A DNA stretch of 32,000 nucleotides from Acholeplasma laidlawii PG-8A. GTDB lineage: Bacteria; Bacillota_I; Bacilli_A; Acholeplasmatales; Acholeplasmataceae. Of this stretch, positions 8,418 to 16,706 are shown piece after piece. The position numbers and the translations under genes are program-made. The DNA lies in NCBI RefSeq assembly GCF_000018785.1, contig NC_010163.1, positions 780,001 through 812,000 of the forward strand, given 5' to 3'. A model generated the notes under the pieces. The model was not told the DNA's origin and ran no database searches. It saw only the letters and a list, made by a program, of their open reading frames with translations. Numbering within the stretch: position 1 is the first letter of the stretch; the number at the start of each line of letters is the position of its first letter.

Positions 8418-8451
8418 AAATAAACTGCCATCCTAAAATGGCAGTTTATTT
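8418..8451 (-). terminator. Terminator after the cyclophilin lipoprotein gene
   Basis: 14-bp stem AAATAAACTGCCAT / ATGGCAGTTTATTT with a 6-nt loop and a T-rich tail on the minus strand. Confidence 0.7.
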
Positions 8452-9103
8452 ACTTACTATAATATATTACAGGACTTGGTTCATAGTTCTTTAAATCCAC
8501 TTCAATAGATTCAATCACTACCTTGGTTAAAGGTGCATCATTGGAATTCGTACTTAGACTCTCAATTTGGTTTAAGATAGTAAAACCGCTTATAATACCA
8601 CCAAAGGATGCATATGCGCCATCTAAATGTGGTGAGGTGGATGTCATCATAAAAAACTGTGATGTTGCACTATTTTTATCACTAGTTCTTGCCATGGAAA
8701 GCACACCATAAGTATGTTTTAGGTTGTTTAAAAACCCATTAGAAGTAAACTCACCACGAATTGGTAATTTTGAGTCCTTAACCATACCGCCTTGAACCAT
8801 AAAATCTTTGATAATTCTATGAAAACTGCTATCACTAAACTGATCATCTAATATATAGTCAATAAAATTATTGACGGTATTTGGTGCAACATCATGAAAT
8901 AACTGTGCTGTAATAATGCCATAATCTTTGACTTTAATAGTGATTATAGGGTTTTCATCATTTAAATAATTAAAGTACGCCAAATCCTCTAATTTAACAT
9001 CTACTTCTTCGCCTTTATCAGTTTCATCAGGTGTTTTACTTTCACATCCTACAACTATAAAAACACTAAATAATACAAGAATTGATAATATTAATTTCCT
9101 CAT
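8450..9103 (-). CDS. Cyclophilin-type peptidyl-prolyl cis-trans isomerase, lipoprotein
   Basis: Signal peptide plus lipobox (FIVVGC) and cyclophilin motifs (FHRIIKDFMVQGG, SMAR, SQFFM). Confidence 0.85.
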   Translation of the reverse strand: MRKLILSILVLFSVFIVVGCESKTPDETDKGEEVDVKLEDLAYFNYLNDENPIITIKVKDYGIITAQLFHDVAPNTVNNFIDYILDDQFSDSSFHRIIKDFMVQGGMVKDSKLPIRGEFTSNGFLNNLKHTYGVLSMARTSDKNSATSQFFMMTSTSPHLDGAYASFGGIISGFTILNQIESLSTNSNDAPLTKVVIESIEVDLKNYEPSPVIYYSK

Positions 9104-9286
9104 CTATATGCTACCTCTGCAAATTTTTCTCTAAGAAAGATTATAACATGCTCTAGTTATATTACCAAGTGTATTATGAGTAGACTTTATAGAGATAGTT
9201 TTCAGATGCATCAACAAATATTATAAATCCATATGTATGAGGTAATTCTTAGTATGTCTACAACTCAAAGTATATGTTACATACTA

Positions 9287-9517
9287 CTAGGCATCTAAAT
9301 CTAAAACTGGTGTGATAATAAATTTACATGATCTACAATAAAAGGATACAGCCTTTTTTTTAGTTAAAAATGGTGTTTTTGTTATCATAATACTATTTTG
9401 AGGTCTACCAAAAATTGTAAGAGGCATCATCTCATCCTTGGGTAGCCACATAATTGGCATTTTAGTGTTGTAAATGTAGCCTTCTTTCATCGTATTTAGA
9501 CATTTTGGACATTGCAT
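9287..9517 (-). CDS. Small 4-Cys zinc-ribbon protein, function unknown
   Basis: CPKC...CRSC pairs at the two ends of a 76-aa ORF. AAGGAG lies 7 nt upstream of the ATG. Confidence 0.5.
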   Translation of the reverse strand: MQCPKCLNTMKEGYIYNTKMPIMWLPKDEMMPLTIFGRPQNSIMITKTPFLTKKKAVSFYCRSCKFIITPVLDLDA

Positions 9518-9665
9518 GGTTCATCTCCTTTTATAGTCTATTGATTTATTTTTATGATTCTGTTGTACTGTAAATTCATTATATCATTAACTTAGATTCA
9601 AATACTTTATAGTTATAAGTAAATCATAATATAATTAAGACAACATCATATAAAAGGAGTAACTT

Positions 9666-9875
9666 ATGGAAAAAGAATTAAAGTATATGATTTTAACTGT
9701 CGAGAGTTATCCGTTTGGGTTTGAAATTAAATATTTTTATTTACCAGTTATGAACCATATTCAAATCGGTGATGTTATAAAAAGTAAACATGGTCATCGA
9801 TATAAAATCATAGATGGTAAAACTAAACTTTCTATGACAGATATTGATACAAAAATATACATACCTTTCGAATAA
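9666..9875 (+). CDS. Hypothetical 69-aa protein
   Basis: Strong RBS (AAAAGGAG, 7-nt spacing). I recognise no motif. Confidence 0.45.
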   Translation: MEKELKYMILTVESYPFGFEIKYFYLPVMNHIQIGDVIKSKHGHRYKIIDGKTKLSMTDIDTKIYIPFE

Positions 9876-9962
9876 TTACCACATCACTTAATCAACGGTG
9901 ATGTGTATCTACATAGATTTAACCAAACTTATCACATGATAACTATACACGGAGGAATACAT

Positions 9963-10529
9963 ATGAAAAAAATCCTGATTAGTCTCTATTTAGTTTTGTG
10001 TTTTTATACACTGTTTCATCTTATATTTAACTTTCAAAATGAAGGTGTTCTAGAAAGTATTTTTTTATTGGAAGCCGATCCACTTGTTTTTGCAGTATTT
10101 AATCTTCTTGGTTTGTTTCCATTAGCCTTTTTAACTTTAGCACTATCTACAAACAAATTAAAAATTTTGGACTTCGCATTACTTTTCTCTGGATTTATGT
10201 TGGGTGGTTTTGTAAGTACTCTTTATTTTATACGCGCTTCAAAACCTAGTTTCAAACCTATAAAGTGGTTGCAGTCAATCTCTATACTTGGTATATTATT
10301 GACATTTATGACGATTGTAAGTGGTTTAATTTTCGGAAGTATTACTACCTATATAGAACTATTCAAAAGTGACTCGTTTATACATATTATGACACTAGAT
10401 TTTATATTTATGGTGTTCATTAGTCCTATATTATTAAGACCAATATCCAAATACTACTTGCTAGGTTTAATACCAATCATTGGCATATTTATACCATTCA
10501 TTATAGATAAAAACATACAAGCAAAATAA
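9963..10529 (+). CDS. Hypothetical polytopic membrane protein (about 6 TM)
   Basis: I moved the start to ATG 9963 (MKKILISLY) because GGAGG lies 6 nt upstream. The protein is hydrophobic throughout. Confidence 0.55.
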   Translation: MKKILISLYLVLCFYTLFHLIFNFQNEGVLESIFLLEADPLVFAVFNLLGLFPLAFLTLALSTNKLKILDFALLFSGFMLGGFVSTLYFIRASKPSFKPIKWLQSISILGILLTFMTIVSGLIFGSITTYIELFKSDSFIHIMTLDFIFMVFISPILLRPISKYYLLGLIPIIGIFIPFIIDKNIQAK

Positions 10530-10545
10530 TAGTTGACTTCAACTA

Positions 10546-11346
10546 TTATTTTTTTAGTATCTCTTTACCTAATTTTTCCGCTTTTGTATGTATAGCTAAA
10601 TCGGGATAAGTTTCAAACAAACTTTTATTTATCTTTTGTTTTAGTTTGATTAAATATATATCATGATGAATGTGTTCTGATACAATACTAACCATCAAAT
10701 GATTTTGGGTTGTTGTAGCCTGCCATTCCCCTCTAAAAGGGTCATAATTGGCCACCAAAACACTTTTTAGGTCACTTACAAGCATTAATCTATTAGATTC
10801 GTTTTGTTCGTTTTGGTGACTATATATGAATACATTGGGTTTACTATAATTTGTTTTAGCAAAACTAAATACGTGTACATCCACACCTTTTCTATTTAGA
10901 AAATCAAAAGCATCTTCAAATAACTCTAATTTTAAATCTGTGTTCATGTACACTTCTTGTCTCGATTCATAAAGTAGTGTTCTGGCTTTTCCAATAATTG
11001 CATCAAAGCCGTTCATGTTAAAATAAGGTGTTTTTAGTGGCTGAACCTTAATTTGGTTCAATTGTTTTCTTAATTGCTGCATATGTTCTTGATGCTTGAA
11101 TTCTAACATACTTAAAAGTTCATTAGGATCTTGACTATAATAAAGTTCCTTATTTCCACTTTCAAGTAAAAGTACACCTTCTTGATGCATTTTATCAATA
11201 ATGCCATAAATAGAAGATCTCGATAAACGAATATTTTTCGAAATTTCATAGACAGTTTGTCCTGGATTTTCTAATAAAAATACATAGATCATGGATTCAT
11301 TTTCCGTAAAATAAACAGACTTTAATAATTCAATGGTATCATTCAT
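10546..11346 (-). CDS. TrmB family transcriptional regulator
   Basis: N-terminal TrmB-type winged HTH (FTENESMIYVFLLENPGQTVYEISKNIRLSRSSIYGIIDKMHQEGVL) plus a C-terminal domain of about 150 aa. RBS is AAGGAG. Confidence 0.7.
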   Translation of the reverse strand: MNDTIELLKSVYFTENESMIYVFLLENPGQTVYEISKNIRLSRSSIYGIIDKMHQEGVLLLESGNKELYYSQDPNELLSMLEFKHQEHMQQLRKQLNQIKVQPLKTPYFNMNGFDAIIGKARTLLYESRQEVYMNTDLKLELFEDAFDFLNRKGVDVHVFSFAKTNYSKPNVFIYSHQNEQNESNRLMLVSDLKSVLVANYDPFRGEWQATTTQNHLMVSIVSEHIHHDIYLIKLKQKINKSLFETYPDLAIHTKAEKLGKEILKK

Positions 11347-11423
11347 AGCTATTACTCCTTATCACTGTAAGCGTTGTCTCTATTATACAACGATTTTGTA
11401 ATACTTACAAAAAAAGCGCTAAG

Positions 11424-11475
11424 TTATAAAAAAAACTTAAGGTGTTTAGTCTCTTTTGACTATTTACCTTAAGTT
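11424..11475 (-). terminator. Terminator of the cst-like operon
   Basis: On the minus strand: AACTTAAGGT...(inner TAGTC/GACTA stem)...ACCTTAAGTT followed by 8-10 T. Confidence 0.7.
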
Positions 11476-11481
11476 CTTTAG

Positions 11482-11733
11482 TTATATACTCTTTATAAGT
11501 AGATTTAACGCTTCATCAATGCCTTCTAAATCTACCTTATTAATTTCTTCTATTTTTTGTACTAAATTGGATGTTGTAATTAAACCAATGACACGGTCTA
11601 CACTAGATCGGATTGCTTTGAGTTGTGTCACAATATCCTCGCAACTTGCTTGATTGTCGATAAGTTTAAGTACACCATTAACTTGTCCTTGTGTTCTTTT
11701 GAGTCTATTTACAATCGTAATATCACATTTCAT
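11482..11733 (-). CDS. CsoR/RcnR (DUF156) family repressor, CstR-like by genomic context
   Basis: NRLKRTQGQVNGVLKLI...ASCEDIVTQLKAIRSSVDRV is the family core. I chose the start at ATG 11733 (MKCDITIV) with GGAGA upstream. It overlaps the end of the upstream rhodanese gene. Confidence 0.8.
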   Translation of the reverse strand: MKCDITIVNRLKRTQGQVNGVLKLIDNQASCEDIVTQLKAIRSSVDRVIGLITTSNLVQKIEEINKVDLEGIDEALNLLIKSI

Positions 11734-12028
11734 ATTCAACATCTCCATTATAAGCACTCATGCCACCTAATACGTTGGTAATCTTAAAACCTTGTTGAGC
11801 TAAGAAGTTTGATGCGACTTGACTTCTTGATCCACTCCAACAGACGACATAATAATGATCTTTTTTATTGATTTTTTGTAGATGATTACCAAATTCTGAT
11901 AAAGGCATATGAATCATATCTTTAATGTAACCCATACTCATTTCACTTTTTTCTCTTACATCAATAACTTTTACTTGACCTTTTCTTACTAACATTTCTA
12001 GTTCTTGAGCCATAATTGTTTGATACAT
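11723..12028 (-). CDS. Single-domain rhodanese-like sulfurtransferase
   Basis: Active-site loop VCWSGSRS. I chose the start at 12028 (MYQTIMAQ) with AAGGAGG upstream. Confidence 0.8.
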   Translation of the reverse strand: MYQTIMAQELEMLVRKGQVKVIDVREKSEMSMGYIKDMIHMPLSEFGNHLQKINKKDHYYVVCWSGSRSQVASNFLAQQGFKITNVLGGMSAYNGDVEYEM

Positions 12029-12029
12029 A

Positions 12030-13661
12030 TTATTTAACCTCCTTTTGAGTTTTACTATATATACTATATGAACCATCTAGATTATAACAATCATAACCTA
12101 ATGGTCTTAAAATTTGTTCTGCATTGTAACTTCTAGTACCACTTTGGCAGTATAGTACTATTTTTTTATCTTTAGGTATTTCATCTAGTCTTGAACGCAA
12201 GTCATCGATTGGGATGTTTAATGCGCCTTTAATTTTACCTAGACTTCTTACTTCTGATGTATTTCTAACATCAACAAAGAAAGCACCTTCTTCAATGAGC
12301 GCATCCACTTGGTGCCATTGAACCGTCTTAGATAGACCTAATATAACATTTTGACTTACATAACCTGCTAAATTCACGATATCTTTAGCACTACCAAATG
12401 GTGGTGCATATGTAAATTCTAGTTCTTGTAACTCAGTAACTTTTAAGCCTGATTTTATTGCTGTGGCAATAATATCAATTCGCTTATCTACACCTTTTTT
12501 ACCAACTGCTTGTGCCCCAAGAATTTTTTGAGTTTTCGGATCAAAGATTACTTTTAAATTTATGGAGGTAGCACCTGGGTAATATCCTGCGTGATCATTT
12601 GCTAATAAGTGGATGACCTCATACGCTCTATTCCCTAATTGTTTTTCATTTAATCCAGTTGATGCAAATGTTTGATCAAATAAGCGAACAATAGAGGTAC
12701 CTAATGTACCTTGATATTTAACATCTAATCCATTTAATATATCAGCTAATTGACGCCCTTGGCGATTTGCAGGGCTTGCTAGAGGAATTAAAGTATCTTC
12801 GTTTGTAATAAAGTTTTTGACGATGATTGCATCACCTACTGCATAGATATCTTTAATAGAAGTTTCAAAGTATTCATCTACTTTAATTCCATTTCTCATA
12901 CCAACTTTAATACCAGCTTCAACAGCCAAATTTGATTCAGGTACAACACCAATTGAACTAATAATAAAGTCTGCATCTAATTTTAGGTCATCAAATATAA
13001 GTTTATTATCTTCGATTTCTAATAGGTCTTTAGATGTATAAACATCTATACCTTGCTTTTCAAGTTCTAACCTAGCAAATTGACTCATTTCATAATCAAG
13101 TGGTGTTAACACTTGGTTAGCTCTCTCTATAATAGATACATGAAGTCCTAATTTCTTTAGGTTTTCAGCAACTTCTAACCCGATGAATCCAGCACCAATA
13201 ATCGCAACCTTTTTAGGGTTGTTAGTATGGATAAAATCCATAATATAATCTAAATCCGGTATATTTCTAAGTGTAAAGTATGGTATGGTATCCATGCCTT
13301 TTACTTGAGGGATAATTGGTTTCGCACCTGTAGAAATAACCAGTTTATCGTAAGGATAAGCACTTTCTACACCATTATTTTTTACAATAACTTGTTTCTT
13401 TTTAGGTTCAATTTTGACTACTTCATGATTTTGTTTGATGATTAGATTAAATCTATCAATGAGCATCGTATCTTTTGCAACTAACAGTTTATCTCTACTA
13501 TCAATTTCCCCTGAAATATAATAAGGTAGACCACAATTAGCAAAAGATACAAATGGACCCTTTTCAAATATAGTGATTTCATCTGCCTGATTGAGTCTAC
13601 GATATCTTGTCGCAAAACTCATACCACCAGCTACACCACCTATAACTACTATTTTCTTCAT
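12030..13661 (-). CDS. CoA-disulfide / persulfide reductase fused to a C-terminal rhodanese domain (CoADR-RHD)
   Basis: FAD site IVVIGGVAGG, redox Cys in SFANCGLPYY, NAD(P)H site IIGAGFIGLE, and a C-terminal rhodanese loop YCQSGTRS. Confidence 0.85.
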   Translation of the reverse strand: MKKIVVIGGVAGGMSFATRYRRLNQADEITIFEKGPFVSFANCGLPYYISGEIDSRDKLLVAKDTMLIDRFNLIIKQNHEVVKIEPKKKQVIVKNNGVESAYPYDKLVISTGAKPIIPQVKGMDTIPYFTLRNIPDLDYIMDFIHTNNPKKVAIIGAGFIGLEVAENLKKLGLHVSIIERANQVLTPLDYEMSQFARLELEKQGIDVYTSKDLLEIEDNKLIFDDLKLDADFIISSIGVVPESNLAVEAGIKVGMRNGIKVDEYFETSIKDIYAVGDAIIVKNFITNEDTLIPLASPANRQGRQLADILNGLDVKYQGTLGTSIVRLFDQTFASTGLNEKQLGNRAYEVIHLLANDHAGYYPGATSINLKVIFDPKTQKILGAQAVGKKGVDKRIDIIATAIKSGLKVTELQELEFTYAPPFGSAKDIVNLAGYVSQNVILGLSKTVQWHQVDALIEEGAFFVDVRNTSEVRSLGKIKGALNIPIDDLRSRLDEIPKDKKIVLYCQSGTRSYNAEQILRPLGYDCYNLDGSYSIYSKTQKEVK

Positions 13662-13665
13662 GACA

Positions 13666-13944
13666 TTACCCCCTTGTATAATATTTAAGCATGCCGCCTT
13701 TAATATTTACCGCATCGACACCATTTTTCTTTAAAATCCTTACTGCCATTCTACTTCTCATGCCAGATTGACATGTTACAAACACTTTTTTATCTGTTTT
13801 ATATTTAGAAATTTGTCCTATAGGTATGTTTTTAGCACCCTTATGATGAAAAGGTTGAAACTCATATGGTTCTCTTACATCGATGACAATATCAGCATCT
13901 TTAATGTCTCGCCATGAAACGGAATTTGATTTGAAAAAAAACAT
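13666..13944 (-). CDS. Single-domain rhodanese-like sulfurtransferase
   Basis: Active-site loop TCQSGMRS. AAGGAG lies 9 nt upstream. It is the first gene of the operon. Confidence 0.8.
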   Translation of the reverse strand: MFFFKSNSVSWRDIKDADIVIDVREPYEFQPFHHKGAKNIPIGQISKYKTDKKVFVTCQSGMRSRMAVRILKKNGVDAVNIKGGMLKYYTRG

Positions 13945-13984
13945 TTTTTATTCTCCTTATATGGTTAAATAGGTTCATCCAACG

Positions 13985-14000
13985 ATACCCCATTGGGTAT
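13985..14000. promoter_or_regulatory. Candidate CsoR/CstR-type operator ATACCC-CATT-GGGTAT
   Basis: Perfect 6-4-6 inverted repeat and the only GC-rich element in this intergenic region. It lies 9 nt downstream of the predicted -10. The form matches the TACCC...GGGTA operators known for this repressor family (from memory). Confidence 0.65.
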
Positions 14001-14009
14001 ACTTACATC

Positions 14010-14038
14010 ATTCTATTACAACCTATTTATTTAGTCAA
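14010..14038 (-). promoter_or_regulatory. Sigma-A-type promoter of the cst-like operon
   Basis: On the minus strand: TTGACT (14038-14033), exactly 17 nt, then TAGAAT (14015-14010). Confidence 0.6.
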
Positions 14039-14106
14039 GAATAAGCACTTACACATTTTAGATTCGCTAAATATTCACATATTATATATGCTTGTACATA
14101 TAAATA

Positions 14107-14138
14107 AAAAAACAATCTAAAAAACTTAGATTGTTTTT
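14107..14138 (-). terminator. Terminator of the ArsR/permease/thioredoxin-like operon
   Basis: ACAATCTAA-AAAAC-TTAGATTGT stem extended by A/T pairs, then TTTTTTATTT on the minus strand. Confidence 0.65.
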
Positions 14139-14167
14139 AGGTATAGCATACGATCTATTATCGTAGA

Positions 14168-14410
14168 CTACGCTTTATGTTTGTTTATCAACTCAACTAT
14201 TTGTCCAACTGATAAAAGTTTTCCTGATGATACGACTTTTCCATCAATGACTAAACCTGGAGTAGCCATAACACCTAATTTTAGAATTTCGTTAGTATCA
14301 GAAATTTGTTCAACACTTTCTTCTATTCCGCATTCTTTTGCGGCATCCATCGTATTTTGATAGTTTTGCATTGATTTTTTGCAGCAACCACCAAGTGCTT
14401 GTATTTTCAT
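14168..14410 (-). CDS. Small thioredoxin-fold protein (redox-active disulfide protein 2 type)
   Basis: N-terminal GGCCKKS redox motif and a C-terminal ATPGLVIDGKVV strand typical of this small Trx family. I chose the start at 14410 (MKIQAL) with GGAGG upstream. Confidence 0.7.
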   Translation of the reverse strand: MKIQALGGCCKKSMQNYQNTMDAAKECGIEESVEQISDTNEILKLGVMATPGLVIDGKVVSSGKLLSVGQIVELINKHKA

Positions 14411-14425
14411 TTTTATTTCCTCCAT

Positions 14426-15436
14426 TTATATGAAAATATATCCAATAAAATTAAATAAATAACCAATAATGATGATACCTATCATGACAATCACTATAAA
14501 CCATACTAAGAGTTTAGTTTTTACCACACGCTTTAGCATAATCAGTGATGGGATAGATAGTGTTGTAACACTCATCATAAATGCTAATATTGTACCTAAA
14601 CCTGCTCCTTTGTTGAAAAGTGCTTCTGCAATTGGTATGGTACCAAAAATATCTGCATAAATTGGTGCACCTACTAAAACAGCAATTAGTACAGAAAATG
14701 GATTATCTTTTCCTAAAACACTTTCAATCCACGCTCCTGGTATCCAGTTGTGTATGAGACTACCGAAACCAACACCAATAACAATATACCAAAATACTTT
14801 TTTATAAGTATCTTTGACCTGATCGAGTGCATAGGTCATTCTTTCCTTCGTTGTCAAAGACTCTACTTCTAAATCTACATTAGCACCATCAAACACAAAT
14901 CCTTCGATATAATTACCTAAACCACTCACCTCAATGATTGAACCACCTAAGACTGCAAGAACTAAGCCTACGATTACATATGCAATAGCTACTTCAAATC
15001 CAAAAATACTTGCAAGTAGGATCAGTGCACCTAAATCCACCAATGGACTAGATATTAGAAATGAAAATGTCACTCCACTGGATAACCCAGCTCTCGTAAA
15101 CCCTATAAAGATAGGAATAGATGAACATGAACAAAACGGAGTTAGAGTACCTAATAATGCGCCTATTGTATTTGCTCTAACACCTTTAAATTTACCTAAT
15201 ATCTTTTTAGTACGTTCAGGTGGAAAAAATGATTGAATGTATGAAACAATAAATATTAATACACACAATAAGATACCAATTTTAATAAAGTCATAAATGA
15301 AAAATTGTAAGGATAAACCCCATTTACCACCAGCAAATTCAGATCCAAATAAAAAGTTAAGTAATTCTCCAACTAAGCGATTGAGCCATTTCATAGCCAG
15401 TATTTCATTTGTTATAAACCCTAGTACATCACTCAT
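14426..15436 (-). CDS. ArsP-like permease (PF03773/DUF318 type) with a vicinal Cys pair
   Basis: About 8 TM helices and the conserved LTPFCSCSSIPIF motif. It has an ATGA overlap with the upstream ArsR gene. Confidence 0.75.
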   Translation of the reverse strand: MSDVLGFITNEILAMKWLNRLVGELLNFLFGSEFAGGKWGLSLQFFIYDFIKIGILLCVLIFIVSYIQSFFPPERTKKILGKFKGVRANTIGALLGTLTPFCSCSSIPIFIGFTRAGLSSGVTFSFLISSPLVDLGALILLASIFGFEVAIAYVIVGLVLAVLGGSIIEVSGLGNYIEGFVFDGANVDLEVESLTTKERMTYALDQVKDTYKKVFWYIVIGVGFGSLIHNWIPGAWIESVLGKDNPFSVLIAVLVGAPIYADIFGTIPIAEALFNKGAGLGTILAFMMSVTTLSIPSLIMLKRVVKTKLLVWFIVIVMIGIIIIGYLFNFIGYIFI

Positions 15437-15759
15437 TTATTTAATACTTTCCTTTCAGTAGGTATATGGCATATACAGTCTTCAGATACAGTCACGATAT
15501 CTTTCATATATTCCATAAATTTATCCGTCATATGTGTATTAAGTGAATATCTCATCCAAGAACCATCCTTGTTACCTTCTACTAATCCAGATTCTGTTAA
15601 CATTTTCATATGGTAACTTAAGGTGGACTGTGTGATATGTACGTTTTCTAGAATCTCACACGCACAAAGTGAACCGCAAGATAGCATATCTAAAATTTTT
15701 AATCTGGTCGGATCACCTAAAGCTTTAATTACTAGTAAATATGTTTGATATTTTTCCAT
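15433..15759 (-). CDS. ArsR/SmtB family metal(loid)-responsive repressor
   Basis: LGDPTRLKILDML, then SCGSLCACEI (the alpha-3 C-x-C site, as in the ELCVCDL motif of ArsR) and a TLSYHMKML recognition helix. There is an extra C-terminal C-I-C-H. I chose the start at 15759 (MEKYQ) with GAGGTGA upstream. Confidence 0.85.
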   Translation of the reverse strand: MEKYQTYLLVIKALGDPTRLKILDMLSCGSLCACEILENVHITQSTLSYHMKMLTESGLVEGNKDGSWMRYSLNTHMTDKFMEYMKDIVTVSEDCICHIPTERKVLNK

Positions 15760-15801
15760 CTTTTCACCTCTAAATAAATATAATAAAAACACATTGATAA
15801 C

Positions 15802-15845
15802 TATCGATATGATACTAGTATACTCCTGATATCGATAATCGTCAA
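15802..15845 (-). promoter_or_regulatory. Promoter of the ArsR operon (TTGACG, 17 nt, TATACT) bracketed by two TATCGATA palindromes
   Basis: On the minus strand: -35 at 15845-15840 and -10 at 15822-15817. Perfect 8-bp palindromes lie at 15830-15837 (inside the spacer) and 15802-15809 (just downstream of -10). They sit inside a larger 15/18 inverted repeat, 15793-15810 / 15829-15846. Confidence 0.5.
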
Positions 15846-15902
15846 TATGTTTTATTCAATATGATTTATTTCATTACTTTTAATTTATATAATTAGAAAA
15901 TA

Positions 15903-16706
15903 CTACGCTGTAATATCCTTTTTCTTGTAAAAATACCAAGATAGTAATAAAGATATCGCGATGATGCCTAAAGAAATAACTAAGTATAACGGCTTAATCA
16001 TCTGATCATTTACAATACTTACCGCATTGACAAATTCATACGGTGAAATGTATTTTAAATATTCAAATTCATCTGTTAGTTTACTTATTAAGTCAATAAC
16101 ATACATGCCAATAACAAGCCCTAATGCAATGCTCAACACTCTTCTTGATTTTGTAACAAACACACTAATTAGGAAGGATATACTTGCAAAAATCATTTGA
16201 AGAACAAACGGTGCATAACTGTATAAAAACCATATGGTCATATTTACATCACCATAAATTACAAATGCTGCCATTAATACAAGGGCAACCAAGCTATTTA
16301 GTATAAGTAAATTTAGAATAATGACCATTATTTTACCAAATACGATTTGTGTTCTACTAATCGGTTTACTTAGTAGAAACTCAATCGTCTTATCATCTTC
16401 TTCTTTACTTAATATACTTCCGCCTAATATTGCAGCAAAACTTCCACCAATAAGATTTACAAATAAATAACCTTCAACACCAAACCAACCATAGAAAGTA
16501 CTCATATCTAGTCCACCTTCACCCATGCCAAAAATTTCTAGAAACTCCGGTGGATACATACTTAAAAATTCTTCTATATTAGAAAAGGCATCTTCAAATG
16601 CAGGAAATAACATAAGCATTAATGCTGCAGTACCTGCAACAATTACTGACCATAAGATTAAACTTTTAAAGTTTCTTTTAAATTCTGTCATAATGAGTTT
16701 GTTCAA
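15903..16706 (-). CDS. ABC-2 type transporter permease
   Basis: Six-TM protein with the topology typical of ABC-2 exporters. It overlaps the stop of the upstream ATPase gene by 4 nt. Confidence 0.7.
   Translation of the reverse strand: MNKLIMTEFKRNFKSLILWSVIVAGTAALMLMLFPAFEDAFSNIEEFLSMYPPEFLEIFGMGEGGLDMSTFYGWFGVEGYLFVNLIGGSFAAILGGSILSKEEDDKTIEFLLSKPISRTQIVFGKIMVIILNLLILNSLVALVLMAAFVIYGDVNMTIWFLYSYAPFVLQMIFASISFLISVFVTKSRRVLSIALGLVIGMYVIDLISKLTDEFEYLKYISPYEFVNAVSIVNDQMIKPLYLVISLGIIAISLLLSWYFYKKKDITA

Noticed and set aside
9880-9905. Hairpin CACATCAC-(10 nt)-GTGATGTG between the 69-aa ORF and the membrane-protein gene
   Set aside because: The 8-bp inverted repeat is real, but no T-run follows it. 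I cannot call it a terminator or attenuator.
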